Assembly (NCBI GenBank): GCA_965248435.1
Contig: OZ252100.1
Location: forward strand, 640,001 to 704,000
Direction: 5' to 3'
Source: Candidatus Latescibacterota bacterium
GTDB lineage: Bacteria; Latescibacterota; UBA2968; GCA-2709665
Length of the DNA stretch: 64,000 bases
Numbering within the stretch: position 1 is the first letter of the stretch; each line of letters opens with the position of its first letter. Below, one piece after another: positions 1 to 10,215 of this stretch. The notes beneath the pieces were generated by a model, which had not been told where the DNA came from, made no database searches, and saw only the letters and a program-made list of their open reading frames with translations. A program made the position numbers and the translations under genes.

Positions 1-118
1 ATGTTGGTAGAATCGTTGGATTCGGTTGGCCCAAAGCTACCCACACCATATATTTCAATACTTGGGTTCTTTTCGTTTTGTTCCGCCTGCCGCGAACTCT
101 TAGTGAGAGAGAACAACC

Positions 119-940
119 TTGGAAATTTCTCTAGCCGGATGGAGCCTCAACAGGAGGTTTCGCCACCAGGAAAATCCCCTATCCCTCCTCGAATTCCCTC
201 GAACTGCTTCTAACGAGTTCGGAATCCACGCGATCGAGTTGAACAGCCCCTTCTTCGTCTACAACAACCCAAGCGACCCCGTCACAAGCGGTATCCCAGA
301 ACCTTATTTGACGGATCTCCGTCGCGGTGCGGATGATCACGGCGTACGCATCCTCAGTGTCGCGGTTGACGGCCACGGAGACCTCGCTGCCCTAAGGGAA
401 GCTGACCGAAAGCGAGCAGTGGATAATCACAAAAAGTGGGTGGACGTTTGCCTTGCATTGGGAGGCGATGCGTTCCGTGCGAACAGCGGCGGGGACCTCG
501 AGGGGGAAGAGGTTGACGGGCAGGTTCAACAATGCATCGAGAGCTTCGGAGAACTGTCCGATTTCGCCAGGCAGGCAGACGTCCGGGTGATGATGGAAAA
601 TCACGGGGGCATCTCGGCCTCGGCCGAAAATATCGTCCGGGTGATGGAGACGATCGACAGCGAATATTGCAGAGTCTTGGCCGATTTTCTCAACTGGCCC
701 TCTGAAGACGACCCGCTCGAAAATCTTGAAAGGGTTGCGCCCTTTGCGTGGGCGACCCACGCAAAATTCCTCGCCTTCGATCCGGATGGCGAATCCCCCG
801 ACATCGATTGCGGGGCCGCCCTGCGCATCCTCGATGAAGCCGGCTACCAGAATCACTACGGAATCGAGTACGAAGGCGAGCCTGACGACCACGAGGGTAT
901 TCTCAAGAGTCGCGATCTAATCGAAAGGCACGGGACCTGA
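119..940 (+). CDS. Sugar phosphate isomerase/epimerase (xylose isomerase-like TIM barrel)
   Basis: 273 aa; metal-ligand motifs MENHGG, LADFLNW, THAK, GIEYEG. Confidence 0.85.
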   Translation: MEISLAGWSLNRRFRHQENPLSLLEFPRTASNEFGIHAIELNSPFFVYNNPSDPVTSGIPEPYLTDLRRGADDHGVRILSVAVDGHGDLAALREADRKRAVDNHKKWVDVCLALGGDAFRANSGGDLEGEEVDGQVQQCIESFGELSDFARQADVRVMMENHGGISASAENIVRVMETIDSEYCRVLADFLNWPSEDDPLENLERVAPFAWATHAKFLAFDPDGESPDIDCGAALRILDEAGYQNHYGIEYEGEPDDHEGILKSRDLIERHGT

Positions 941-989
941 GAGGATTGCGACTGGAAAGAAAGACCATGCGACTCCGAGCGTGGGAGTA

Positions 990-1460
990 ATGAAGAGGAA
1001 AATATACCTGGCGAGTCCTTACGGCTTCTCCACGCAGCAGAGAGAAGTCCTTCTGCCGCATTTCGTCCAGACTCTGGAATCCCTCGGAGCGGAAGTGTGG
1101 GAACCCTTCGAGAGAAACAACCAGATCGACAGGACGGAGGGAGGCTGGGCATATCAGGTGGGTCAGAGCGACCTCCGAGACGTCACCGAGTCAGATGCAA
1201 TCTTTGCCATCGTCAACGGCACGCCGCCAGACGAGGGTGTGATGGTCGAACTGGGTGTGGCCATCGCGCTGAAGAAGAAGACCTTCCTGTTCAGGGACGA
1301 TTTCAGAAGGTGCACGGATTCCGAGAACTACCCGCTGAATCTGATGCTGTTCACCGGCTTGCCGGAAACGGGTTGGGAAGACTATTTCTATACGTCGCTC
1401 GACGAAATCAAATCCCCACAGAAGGATTTGGTAAAATGGCTCAACGGAGATCTGTGTTGA
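990..1460 (+). CDS. Nucleoside 2-deoxyribosyltransferase family protein
   Basis: KIYLASPYGF N-terminus, D..D, DEGVMVELG catalytic Glu motif, NLML; ATG at 990 preceded by GGGAG. Confidence 0.85.
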   Translation: MKRKIYLASPYGFSTQQREVLLPHFVQTLESLGAEVWEPFERNNQIDRTEGGWAYQVGQSDLRDVTESDAIFAIVNGTPPDEGVMVELGVAIALKKKTFLFRDDFRRCTDSENYPLNLMLFTGLPETGWEDYFYTSLDEIKSPQKDLVKWLNGDLC

Positions 1461-1686
1461 TGCCTCAGCCTTTCTCTATAGCATAGTCAACATCGTCCAC
1501 TCCAGCCTCACCCTGCCGCCCTTCCAGATGCATCCTCGCACCTACCTCATCCATCAGATCGAGTGCGCGCTGCCAGAACCCGACCTGACTTCCCGGTGCA
1601 GCCGAAAAACTCATAACAGTCACCGTATTGGGGGCGTATGGCCACCCATCAACCTAAAAGAAGTATGCTGATTTGCTAATCAAACT

Positions 1687-2741
1687 CCCGAGTTCAATAA
1701 GGAAGTGCAACACTTAGGGTAGCAACTGTCCTATCCTAAGTGTATGGGAAACAATTACAAGCATCTTACGATAGACGAACGCGAGCTGATTGCGCTTTGT
1801 CGAGCCGCTGGTGCAAGCCTTAGAGATATTGCCAAGGCCCTTGACCGGAGCGCCAGCACGATTCCAAGAGAGTTGAAACGTAATCCGTCCCCGATAGCTG
1901 AGAGTTACTCGGGCCTCCAGGCTCACAGAAGGGCTGAGAAACGTAAGCGGGAGGCCGGCAAGCGGAAACGGCTGAAGAATCCGGTTATCCGGCGATATGT
2001 CGAGACCAAACTCAAGCAAGGATGGTCTCCCGAGTTGATCGCTGGGAGGCTTCCCGAGGAGCGTCCGAGCGCGGGTATCAGCCACGAAGCCATCTATCAG
2101 TATATCTACGATCCAAAGGTGCGCAAGCAGCGGGATCTGGTTGCTTGCTTATCCCGAGCTCACAAAAAACGAAAGCCGCGGTGGCATACCCGAAAACACC
2201 GGGAAAGCCACATTCCAGGCCGTATTTCGATCGATCGACGTCCCCGTTACATCGAAAAACGGAAACAACCTGGCCACTGGGAATCCGACACCATCATCTC
2301 TCGAGAGAGCAAACAGGCCGTTGGCGCTTGTCTTGAGCGATCGTCGAGATACCTACACCTGGCTAAGCTGGCAAAGAACGGACCCTCGGAGGTCGCCGAA
2401 GCGATTAATCGACGCCTTGGGCGACATCCTCCCCACATGAGGAAGAGCATCACATATGACAACGGATCCGAAAACGGCCAACATCAACGGGTCAACGAGG
2501 CCCTTGGCACCAAATCCTATTTCTGCAAACCGTTTCACAGCTGGGAGCGAGGCGCTGTGGAAAACGCTATCGGTCTGGTCCGCAGATACCTCCTCAAGAA
2601 GACAGACTTCTCAAAGGTCAGCAAACACGAGTTAAAGAAAATTCAGAACCGGATCAACAACCGACCAAGAAAATGTCTTAACTTCAAAACACCAGCTGAA
2701 GTCTTCAAGTCCAAGTGTTGCACTTAGTCATTGAATCCAGC
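1687..2741 (+). mobile_element. IS30-family insertion sequence
   Basis: Imperfect terminal IRs (TTCAATAAGGAAGTGCAACACTT 1693-1715; reverse complement of 2713-2735 TTCAATGACTAAGTGCAACACTT); ACT on both flanks (1684-1686, 2742-2744); encloses transposase. Confidence 0.9.
1744..2727 (+). CDS. IS30-family transposase
   Basis: HTH (YKHLT..ER..I), WSPELIAGRL, SHEAIYQYIY, DDE residues in GHWESDT, TYDNGSE, WERGAVEN; NNRPRKCL tail. Confidence 0.95.
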   Translation: MGNNYKHLTIDERELIALCRAAGASLRDIAKALDRSASTIPRELKRNPSPIAESYSGLQAHRRAEKRKREAGKRKRLKNPVIRRYVETKLKQGWSPELIAGRLPEERPSAGISHEAIYQYIYDPKVRKQRDLVACLSRAHKKRKPRWHTRKHRESHIPGRISIDRRPRYIEKRKQPGHWESDTIISRESKQAVGACLERSSRYLHLAKLAKNGPSEVAEAINRRLGRHPPHMRKSITYDNGSENGQHQRVNEALGTKSYFCKPFHSWERGAVENAIGLVRRYLLKKTDFSKVSKHELKKIQNRINNRPRKCLNFKTPAEVFKSKCCT

Positions 2742-2756
2742 ACTACGATACTGCGC

Positions 2757-2783
2757 AAAAAAAACAGCCCCTTGCGGGACTGC
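2757..2783 (-). terminator. Intrinsic terminator of the kamA-like gene
   Basis: Minus strand CAGTCCC-GCAA-GGGGCTG followed by T8. Confidence 0.75.
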
Positions 2784-2811
2784 CTTATTCCTCCCAACTT
2801 CTTGGCCAAAC

Positions 2812-4200
2812 TCAGGATGCTTCCTTTCTCGCCATTTCCAACACTTCATCGATCATCTGTTTGCGGGAAACAGGATCCATCCAACGCTCTTGCGCTTCCT
2901 CGCTCAAACAATCGATCGGATCGAAGTAGAGGAAATACGCACCCGGCCGGATGGGGGGACTCTTGAACACGGCGATTCCGTTCTCCTTGTTGTAGACCTC
3001 GAAAGAATGGGCATCCCGTTTGCCACCTCCGTCCAGGGTGTCGACGATAAAAATCGGTGTGTTGAATCCGGCGGTCACCCCTCGAAGCTCTTTCTCAAGT
3101 TCGAGTCCGGACCCGAGCGTCGTCCTGAGATCCTCCACGCCTTGGACGAGGTCGTGAAAAAAAACGTAATACGGTTGGACATTTATATAACTAAGGCGCT
3201 TAGCCAGCAGCTTCATCGTCTCTGAATCATCATTCACACCGCGCTGCAGCACCGTCTGATTGCGCACCGTGATTCCTCGCTCCACCAGGACGTTCATCGC
3301 GTCCTGTGTGATCCCAGTAATCTCAGCAGGGTGATTGAAATGCGTGTGCACAACAACCTCCTTGTGCATCCTCCTGCCCATCTCGGCAATCCGTATAAGG
3401 GCGTCGACCCACTCCGTATCCGTCAAGAATTTACCGGGCATAACCGCCGGCCCTTTCGTCGCGAACCGGAAGCGACGAATATGCTCGATGTTCAGCAGTG
3501 ACTCGCCGATATACTGGAGCTGATCAGCCTTCAAATTGTAAACGTCTCCGCCGCTCACCACGATGTCTTCCAATTCCGGCTTGGACGCGATGTATGAGAA
3601 GGTTTCCTCCCACCGTCCCCGGTCGGCGTTCATTCGGACTTTTTCCACCTCTTCCGTGTCGAGACCGACGGCGTAGCTGCGCGTGCAGAACCGGCAGTAG
3701 ACGGGGCACGTGTCAAGGGCGAGGAAAAGGGCTCGATCAGGATACCGATGGGTCAGTCCGGGGACAGGCGAGTCGACTTGCTCATTCAGGGAATCCAACC
3801 TCAGTTCTGGATGGTCGGGCAGCTGCTGCGAGGCCAGCGGTAGGAATTGTCTTACGAGCGGATCTACGTACGGGTCATCCCAGTTGATCAGACTGAGAAC
3901 GTAGGGGGAGATGCGCAGGCTCATCGGGGCACGCCGGAGGCCCTCGCTCACATCTCCCATGAAATCCTCAGGAACGAGGTTCTTCACAGCTTGCCTCAGC
4001 TTCTTCAGACTGGTTATGGAGTTTCTGGTCTGGAAGGTGTGTGAGTGAAAAATCGAAGACTCCACTTTTTCATAAGCAGGCACGCTCCTCCAGAATTCAT
4101 CCCGGCGCAGTCTTCGGTGCTCAAGTTCTTGAGGATCTGCCGTGAGCTTCACACCGTGCATTTGATCGATTTCGACCGTGCTCATGTCAAGAAAGTCCAA
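2812..4200 (-). CDS. KamA-family radical SAM aminomutase (lysine 2,3-aminomutase-like)
   Basis: THRYPDR, CPVYCRFC (CxxxCxxC), SGGD, HFNHP, NQTVL.RGVND, GGGK PLP-lysine motif. Confidence 0.9.
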   Translation of the reverse strand: MDFLDMSTVEIDQMHGVKLTADPQELEHRRLRRDEFWRSVPAYEKVESSIFHSHTFQTRNSITSLKKLRQAVKNLVPEDFMGDVSEGLRRAPMSLRISPYVLSLINWDDPYVDPLVRQFLPLASQQLPDHPELRLDSLNEQVDSPVPGLTHRYPDRALFLALDTCPVYCRFCTRSYAVGLDTEEVEKVRMNADRGRWEETFSYIASKPELEDIVVSGGDVYNLKADQLQYIGESLLNIEHIRRFRFATKGPAVMPGKFLTDTEWVDALIRIAEMGRRMHKEVVVHTHFNHPAEITGITQDAMNVLVERGITVRNQTVLQRGVNDDSETMKLLAKRLSYINVQPYYVFFHDLVQGVEDLRTTLGSGLELEKELRGVTAGFNTPIFIVDTLDGGGKRDAHSFEVYNKENGIAVFKSPPIRPGAYFLYFDPIDCLSEEAQERWMDPVSRKQMIDEVLEMARKEAS

Positions 4201-4389
4201 TCCTGTAGGTCAGAGACTAGGAATTCGATCTATGATAATTGAATCGAGCAAAATGTCAAGACATCATCAGTCAACGAGGAACCGGATTTCTGGAATTGTC
4301 CTTGTTCCCCCACCTTCTCCTGTTTATTTTGAGATAGCTACTATTCATCGATTACTGGAATAGCGTCGCCACAAACAATTTCCGGAGCT

Positions 4390-7155
4390 TTGCGAATGCG
4401 ATTCGCTGCCTTTCGATGGCTTTTCCTGGTGCTGGGGCTCATCCTGGCCTTCGTGGTGCTCCGGCTCCTCAGTTTTCTCTACACAGACTGGCTCTGGTTC
4501 GACCATCTCGGATACCGCTCGGTCTTTCGTACGATTGCCCTCACGAAATTCCTCTCCTTTGTTCTGTTCTGGATCGTCTCCACCCTGATTGCCGGATCTA
4601 ATCTCTGGATCGCGAGAGGCTTTGGCAGGCGGACCCGGGAAATGCCCCTTGAAGTGATCGTCGGCGACTCAGTCCCGATGCTGCACGATCGTTCGAGGTG
4701 GCAAAACCTGGTCTGGGGTTTGGTCTTAGGTAGCCTCGGCGTCATTTTGGGCTTGATCGCCATCCCCATCTGGGCGCCCGTGTTGCGCTTCTTGAATTCA
4801 GTTGACTTCGGAGTCGCGGAGCCGATCTTCGGCCGTGAAATCGGCTTCTATGTGTTCGACCTCCCGCTCTACAACTTTATCCAGGGTTGGTTGATTGCTT
4901 CAATCCTTGTCTCATCGATCCTCGTCTTCGTCTCCTACTACCAGGATCGTTCTATCCGCAACGACCGGGGATCCTGGTTTTCAACGCCCTACGTCCGAGC
5001 TCACCTCTCCGTTCTTGGTGCCGCACTCGCCCTTTTGTTGGCCTGGGGCTACTGGCTGAAGGAGTTCGAGCTCCTTTATTCCTTCCGGAAGGGCACCTTC
5101 TTCGGCGCGGGATATACCGACCTTCACGCCCAAATCTTTGCCTACCGCTTGATGCTGGTTCTGTCAATCCTGCTCGCCGGGCTCCTCCTCTTCAATCTCC
5201 GCTCCCGTGGATGGCGCCTCCCATCCATCGGCGGAATGGGCTACCTGGGAGCACTTGCGATCTTTTCGTGGCTGGGTCCGATGCTCTTCGAACAGTTTGT
5301 CGTAAAACCGAACGAGCTCACCCTCGAGGCCCCGTACATCCAACATTCCATCCGGCATACGCGAGAAGCTTACGGACTGGACAAAATAGAGGAAGTGCCG
5401 TTTCCTGCTGAATCCAATCTCACGCTCGAAGCGATAGAAAGAAATCGAGCCACCACCCAGAACATCCCGCTTTGGGATCGGCGGCCGCTGATGGACACTT
5501 ACAGCCAGTTGCAGGAGATCCGGTCCTACTATCGATTCGGGAGCGTCGATATAGACAGATACCGGGTTGGTGATGACTATCGGCAGGTCTTGCTTGCCGG
5601 CCGCGAATTTTCACGCGAGCAACTCGCGATGCGCGGGGAAACCTGGGTCAACAGACACCTCGTGTATACCCACGGTTACGGCATCTGTATGAGCCCTGCC
5701 AACGAAATCGGTTCAGAGGGCCTGCCGAAATTTTACCTGAAGGATATTCCCCCGGTCTCACCCGTCGGCCTCGCCGTAGATAGGCCGGAGATCTATTATG
5801 GTGAAAACATGCGGGACTATGTGGTCGTACGGAGCAAGACCCAGGAATTTGACTATCCAAGTGGAGATGAGAACGTCTATGGCAGATATGGCGGCACGGG
5901 CGGAGTGGTCCTGAATTCCTTCTTCCTCCGAATCGTATTTTCGCTCCGAATGGCCGACCCTTACCTTCTGGTTACCGACAATCTCACGCCGGAAAGCCGC
6001 ATCCTCTTCAATCGCCATATCGGCCGTCGTTTCAGGGAGGATGCACCCCAGCGATTTCAAAAGTTAGCTCCCTTCCTGCGTTTCGACGAAGACCCATACC
6101 TGGTCCTTGCCGAAGGACGACTCGTCTGGATTCAAGATGCCTATACCATGACCAACATGTATCCCTATTCCGAACCTTATGGAAGGCCCTACATCAGAAA
6201 CATGAACTACATCCGGAATTCGGTCAAGATTACCATGGATGCCTATGACGGATCTGTAAAATTCTATGTCTGGGATTCCGACGATCCCTTGATCAGATCT
6301 TACGCGAAGATCTTTCCAGATCTCTTCAAACCGAAAGAGGCCATGCCGGAGGCCATTCGGTCACACGTCAGGTACCCCGTAGATCTCTTTAAGATTCAGT
6401 CAGAGCTATACAATACCTATCACATGGTTTCCCCTCAGGTGTTTTACAACAGAGAGGATGTGTGGGAGCCCGCTAATGAAATCTACGGAGTTTCAGAACG
6501 TCCGCAGGTGATGAGTCCATACTACGTAATCGTTAAGCTTCCCGACTCGGACCGGGAGGAATTCGTGCTTATGTTGCCCGCGACGCCCGTCCGGAAGGCG
6601 AACATGATTGCCTGGCTCTTCGCGAGGTGCGACGATCCAAATTATGGACGCTTGACGGTCTACAAGCTCCCGAAGGAAAAGATGATATACGGACCCATGC
6701 TCATCGAACGTCGTATCGACCAGAACACAGAGATTTCCAGAGAAATCACGCTCTGGAGTCAGCGGGGGTCGGACGTCATCCGCGGGAACCTGCTCGTCAT
6801 TCCGATCGAAGACTCCTTCATTTATGTTGAACCGCTCTACCTGCGAGCAACACACGGAGGCATGCCGGAACTGAAGCGGGTTCTCGTTGTGCACGGTGAA
6901 AAACTCGCAATGGCAGAAACCCTCGACCAGGCGCTAATAAAGGTCTTTAGTTCCACGGAAAGCGTCCCCACACCCATCGCACGCGATGACGGAACCCTTG
7001 ACCTGAAAGGGCTGGCGAAAGAGGCCATGGAACATCTTGAGATCGCTCAACAGCAGCTTCGGGTCGGAAACTTCGCCGAATACGGAGTGTCGATCCAAAA
7101 ACTCAAACAGACGATACAGAGACTCAACGAACGGGCAAACCTCCGTGGAAACTGA
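4390..7155 (+). CDS. UPF0182 family membrane protein
   Basis: 921 aa; YTDWLWF, IGFYVF.LP, GAGYTD, NIPLWD, HLVYTHGYG, NYIRNSVK, HVRYP.DLF, RGNLLVIP. Confidence 0.9.
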   Translation: MRMRFAAFRWLFLVLGLILAFVVLRLLSFLYTDWLWFDHLGYRSVFRTIALTKFLSFVLFWIVSTLIAGSNLWIARGFGRRTREMPLEVIVGDSVPMLHDRSRWQNLVWGLVLGSLGVILGLIAIPIWAPVLRFLNSVDFGVAEPIFGREIGFYVFDLPLYNFIQGWLIASILVSSILVFVSYYQDRSIRNDRGSWFSTPYVRAHLSVLGAALALLLAWGYWLKEFELLYSFRKGTFFGAGYTDLHAQIFAYRLMLVLSILLAGLLLFNLRSRGWRLPSIGGMGYLGALAIFSWLGPMLFEQFVVKPNELTLEAPYIQHSIRHTREAYGLDKIEEVPFPAESNLTLEAIERNRATTQNIPLWDRRPLMDTYSQLQEIRSYYRFGSVDIDRYRVGDDYRQVLLAGREFSREQLAMRGETWVNRHLVYTHGYGICMSPANEIGSEGLPKFYLKDIPPVSPVGLAVDRPEIYYGENMRDYVVVRSKTQEFDYPSGDENVYGRYGGTGGVVLNSFFLRIVFSLRMADPYLLVTDNLTPESRILFNRHIGRRFREDAPQRFQKLAPFLRFDEDPYLVLAEGRLVWIQDAYTMTNMYPYSEPYGRPYIRNMNYIRNSVKITMDAYDGSVKFYVWDSDDPLIRSYAKIFPDLFKPKEAMPEAIRSHVRYPVDLFKIQSELYNTYHMVSPQVFYNREDVWEPANEIYGVSERPQVMSPYYVIVKLPDSDREEFVLMLPATPVRKANMIAWLFARCDDPNYGRLTVYKLPKEKMIYGPMLIERRIDQNTEISREITLWSQRGSDVIRGNLLVIPIEDSFIYVEPLYLRATHGGMPELKRVLVVHGEKLAMAETLDQALIKVFSSTESVPTPIARDDGTLDLKGLAKEAMEHLEIAQQQLRVGNFAEYGVSIQKLKQTIQRLNERANLRGN

Positions 7156-8071
7156 ACGCGAATCTTCGAAGTGGGCAGATCTCTTGACGGAACAGTCAAA
7201 CCCTGCGTCCGCCAACATCGATGAGTTGCCCACATTGGAGATCGTTCGTGTCATGAATTCGGAAGATCAAGGCGTAGCGGAGGCGGTTTCGACCGTTCTG
7301 GAAGACATCGCAAGCGCTGTCGATCTGGTCGTGGAATCCTTCCGAAAGGGAGGACGGCTCTTTTATGTTGGTGCCGGGTCAAGCGGCAGGCTCGGCGTCC
7401 TTGACGCAGCGGAGTGTCCGCCGACTTTCGGAACAGACCCGGGGTTGGTACAGGGGCTCATTGCCGGAGGCCCCGAGGCCCTTCTACACTCTCAGGAAGG
7501 TGCGGAGGATCAACTTGAGGAAGGAGGGGCGGAACTCCACGCGAGGAATGTGTCAGGAGATGATGTGATTGTCGGAATTGCTGCGAGCGGCGTCACACCC
7601 TTCGTACTGGGCGCGCTTTCCTGGGCTCGGGCGAGGGGCGCGTCCACGATATTCCTCACCTGCAGTCCGGAACCCGCTGAAACAATCGAGGTGGACGTCA
7701 CGATCGTTCCGGCCGTAGGCCCGGAAGTGATCACCGGATCGACACGCCTGAAGGCCGGAACGGCGACCAAGCTCGTCCTGAACATGCTGACGACTGCGGC
7801 CATGGTGCGAATGGGAAAGGTCTACGAGAATATGATGGTCGATCTGAAACCGACTTCCCGGAAACTGAGAGACAGGGCGACGCGTATTCTGGCTCACGTG
7901 TCCGGACTCTCTCAGGGAGAGAGCCAGAAGGCGCTGACCGACGCAGATCACGATCTAAAGACCGCCATTGTCATGACAAAACGGGCCGTTTCACTCGAAA
8001 CGGCCCGCGATCTACTCAACCGCCACGACGGCGTCGTGAAGAAGGCCCTCGTCGACGCCGGTCTCGACTAG
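7145..8071 (+). CDS. murQ: N-acetylmuramic acid 6-phosphate etherase
   Basis: LTEQSNP, GAGSSGRLGVLDAAECPPTFG, EGAED, GPEVITGSTRLKAGTATK; GTG start at 7145 inferred (overlaps upstream gene). Confidence 0.95.
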   Translation: METERESSKWADLLTEQSNPASANIDELPTLEIVRVMNSEDQGVAEAVSTVLEDIASAVDLVVESFRKGGRLFYVGAGSSGRLGVLDAAECPPTFGTDPGLVQGLIAGGPEALLHSQEGAEDQLEEGGAELHARNVSGDDVIVGIAASGVTPFVLGALSWARARGASTIFLTCSPEPAETIEVDVTIVPAVGPEVITGSTRLKAGTATKLVLNMLTTAAMVRMGKVYENMMVDLKPTSRKLRDRATRILAHVSGLSQGESQKALTDADHDLKTAIVMTKRAVSLETARDLLNRHDGVVKKALVDAGLD

Positions 8072-8077
8072 CCTGAA

Positions 8078-9607
8078 TCAGGCAGTTCCACGATTATAAT
8101 GCAGTTTGATGAGCTGGTCCAGATGCTGCTTCGCGCTCCTAGCGGCCTGTTCATCAATCACGAATTCCGTCTTCCCGAGCAGTTTCAGGCCGTGCCCGAA
8201 GTCGTCGAACTTCGAGCGACAAAGCTCCGTCACCGACTGCCCTTTCGAGGTAGCTTCCTGGCCAAGGTATGCCGCGGCGCCGGGATCGAACCTCAGGTTT
8301 ATACCGTACGCCTTCTTGAAGTGCTCCGTGTACGAGGCGACACTTCGGTCGGCCAGCAGCCTTTCGAGTTCCACCTCCGGGCTCTCAACCACCTCTGGGG
8401 TCACCGTAAATGAGCGGATATCGGTAGAGGGCACGGTCTTTTCAAACTTGAGAAGAATCCGCTCGGCGACGCGTACCAGGGCCCTGGCCCCGGTACGTTC
8501 TGTGGCAGCCAGCTCAGCCATCTTCCGAAGAGCCTCGTTTTCGAAGCTCAGCTCGATTCCGTAGGCTTCGAAATCTCGCTTCTTTCCCAATGTCACCGAG
8601 TTGTTCGAATTTTTCAGGATCTCATAGAGATCATCTACGACCAAAGGCTCAAGCACGGCGACGACCGGCAACCGACCGATAAACTCGGATTCGAACCCGT
8701 ATTCGATCAAATCTTCCGAGGCGACCTGCTTCACATATGCCGTACGGTCGAATTCCCGTTCTGTGAATCGCTCCGACTCGGCTTTGAATCCCATGCTTCC
8801 CAAGTTAAGACGCTTTCTCACGATCTCCTCCAGGTCATTAAAAGCGCCGCTCACGATAAAAAGGATGTTTCGCGTGTTGATCTTTTGGTGCTCCATCTTG
8901 CCGCTTTGTTGAAACTTCATCATGGACTCCATCTGCGACGCGAGGTCATGAGGAGCCTTCAAGTCGACCTCCGTCTCCTCCATGAGTTTCAAAAGATTAC
9001 GCTGGACGCCTGTTCGTGATACGTCCGGTCCGACGAGATTCGAAGCCGATGCGATCTTGTCGATCTCATCCACATATATGATCCCGTTCTCTGCCTTTTG
9101 TATGCTCCCACCCGCTTCCCTTACCAACTCTCGGACGAGATCTTCGACATCCCCACCCACGTAGCCGGTCTCGCTGAATTTCGTCGCGTCTCCTTTGACG
9201 AATGGTACCCCGATCCGGTCTGCGATCAGCTTAATCAGATAGGTCTTACCCACTCCGGTGGGTCCGATGAGCAGAATGTTGTTCTTGATGCGTCCAACAA
9301 GTCGGCTCGACCCCTCGCGGTCTTCCCGATCCAGCTTCATGCGGTTAAAGTGTGTACAGATCTTGGTGGCGAGAATCTCCTTGGCCTGTTCCTGCTTGAT
9401 CACATATTCGTTCAAATACGCCTCGAGTTCCTCCGGCTTGAGGTCGAAATCAATCTCCTCATCCACAGGCTGGGTCGTATGCGGCCCTTCCTTGCTCCCG
9501 GCCGCTTCAGCCTGGGGGAAGACCACCTGGGCGCCATATTTTTTCTCGATAAAGTCTTTCAGGTCTTTTTGAATCTCTGCGGGGTTTACGGGACGCTGTT
9601 CGGACAT
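8078..9607 (-). CDS. ClpX-like AAA+ unfoldase lacking N-terminal Zn finger
   Basis: GPTGVGKT, DATKFSETGYVGGDVE, YVDEIDK, DVSRTGVQRNLLK, SMGF loop, EFIGRLPV, TGARAL. Confidence 0.85.
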   Translation of the reverse strand: MSEQRPVNPAEIQKDLKDFIEKKYGAQVVFPQAEAAGSKEGPHTTQPVDEEIDFDLKPEELEAYLNEYVIKQEQAKEILATKICTHFNRMKLDREDREGSSRLVGRIKNNILLIGPTGVGKTYLIKLIADRIGVPFVKGDATKFSETGYVGGDVEDLVRELVREAGGSIQKAENGIIYVDEIDKIASASNLVGPDVSRTGVQRNLLKLMEETEVDLKAPHDLASQMESMMKFQQSGKMEHQKINTRNILFIVSGAFNDLEEIVRKRLNLGSMGFKAESERFTEREFDRTAYVKQVASEDLIEYGFESEFIGRLPVVAVLEPLVVDDLYEILKNSNNSVTLGKKRDFEAYGIELSFENEALRKMAELAATERTGARALVRVAERILLKFEKTVPSTDIRSFTVTPEVVESPEVELERLLADRSVASYTEHFKKAYGINLRFDPGAAAYLGQEATSKGQSVTELCRSKFDDFGHGLKLLGKTEFVIDEQAARSAKQHLDQLIKLHYNRGTA

Positions 9608-9735
9608 CGGCCTCTCCTGAACTTGTAGGGAAGTCTGTTTTTTGCTTATACTTAAGGATACGAGGTGAAGCGATTCGTGTCAAGACGATTGACGGTAATC
9701 CACCAAACTAAACCATTTTGACTCTGGAGAGGAAT

Positions 9736-10215
9736 ATGGAGCCTAAAGAGATCGCCGAAATTCTTCGTAGGGTTCCCATCTTTTACGAGTTTGACCCTGG
9801 GCAGGTAGAACGTATTCTGAAGATCTCCAAAGAGGTCACATACGAGGCGGAGCAGTTTGTTTTCCACGAAGGCGAGCCCAGTACGGAGATGCTGTTCCTC
9901 ATTTCGGGGAAATTTCGAGTGCAGGCCGCGTCAGGCGCTGAGATCGCGACGATAGGCGAAGCGGGGATCGTGGGCGAAATGGGCGTCTTGACGGGTCAAC
10001 CCCGTTCGGCCGGTGTCGTAGCAACTGAGCCGTGCGTCGCTCTGTCGGTCTCAGTAGAAGACCTCTTTAGACTGATCGCAGAGGACAAGGACGTGGGCTA
10101 CAAGATTTACCGAATTGTCACGCATCTCCTCTCGGATCGTCTGCGAGAAAGCAACATCATACTCGAGCAGCAGTATCTCCTCCTTGATGACATCGCCTCG
10201 GAAGACTCACCCTGA
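9736..10215 (+). CDS. Stand-alone cyclic nucleotide-binding domain protein
   Basis: VFHEGE, GEMGVLTGQPRSA phosphate-binding cassette; no HTH; RBS GAGAGG. Confidence 0.85.
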   Translation: MEPKEIAEILRRVPIFYEFDPGQVERILKISKEVTYEAEQFVFHEGEPSTEMLFLISGKFRVQAASGAEIATIGEAGIVGEMGVLTGQPRSAGVVATEPCVALSVSVEDLFRLIAEDKDVGYKIYRIVTHLLSDRLRESNIILEQQYLLLDDIASEDSP

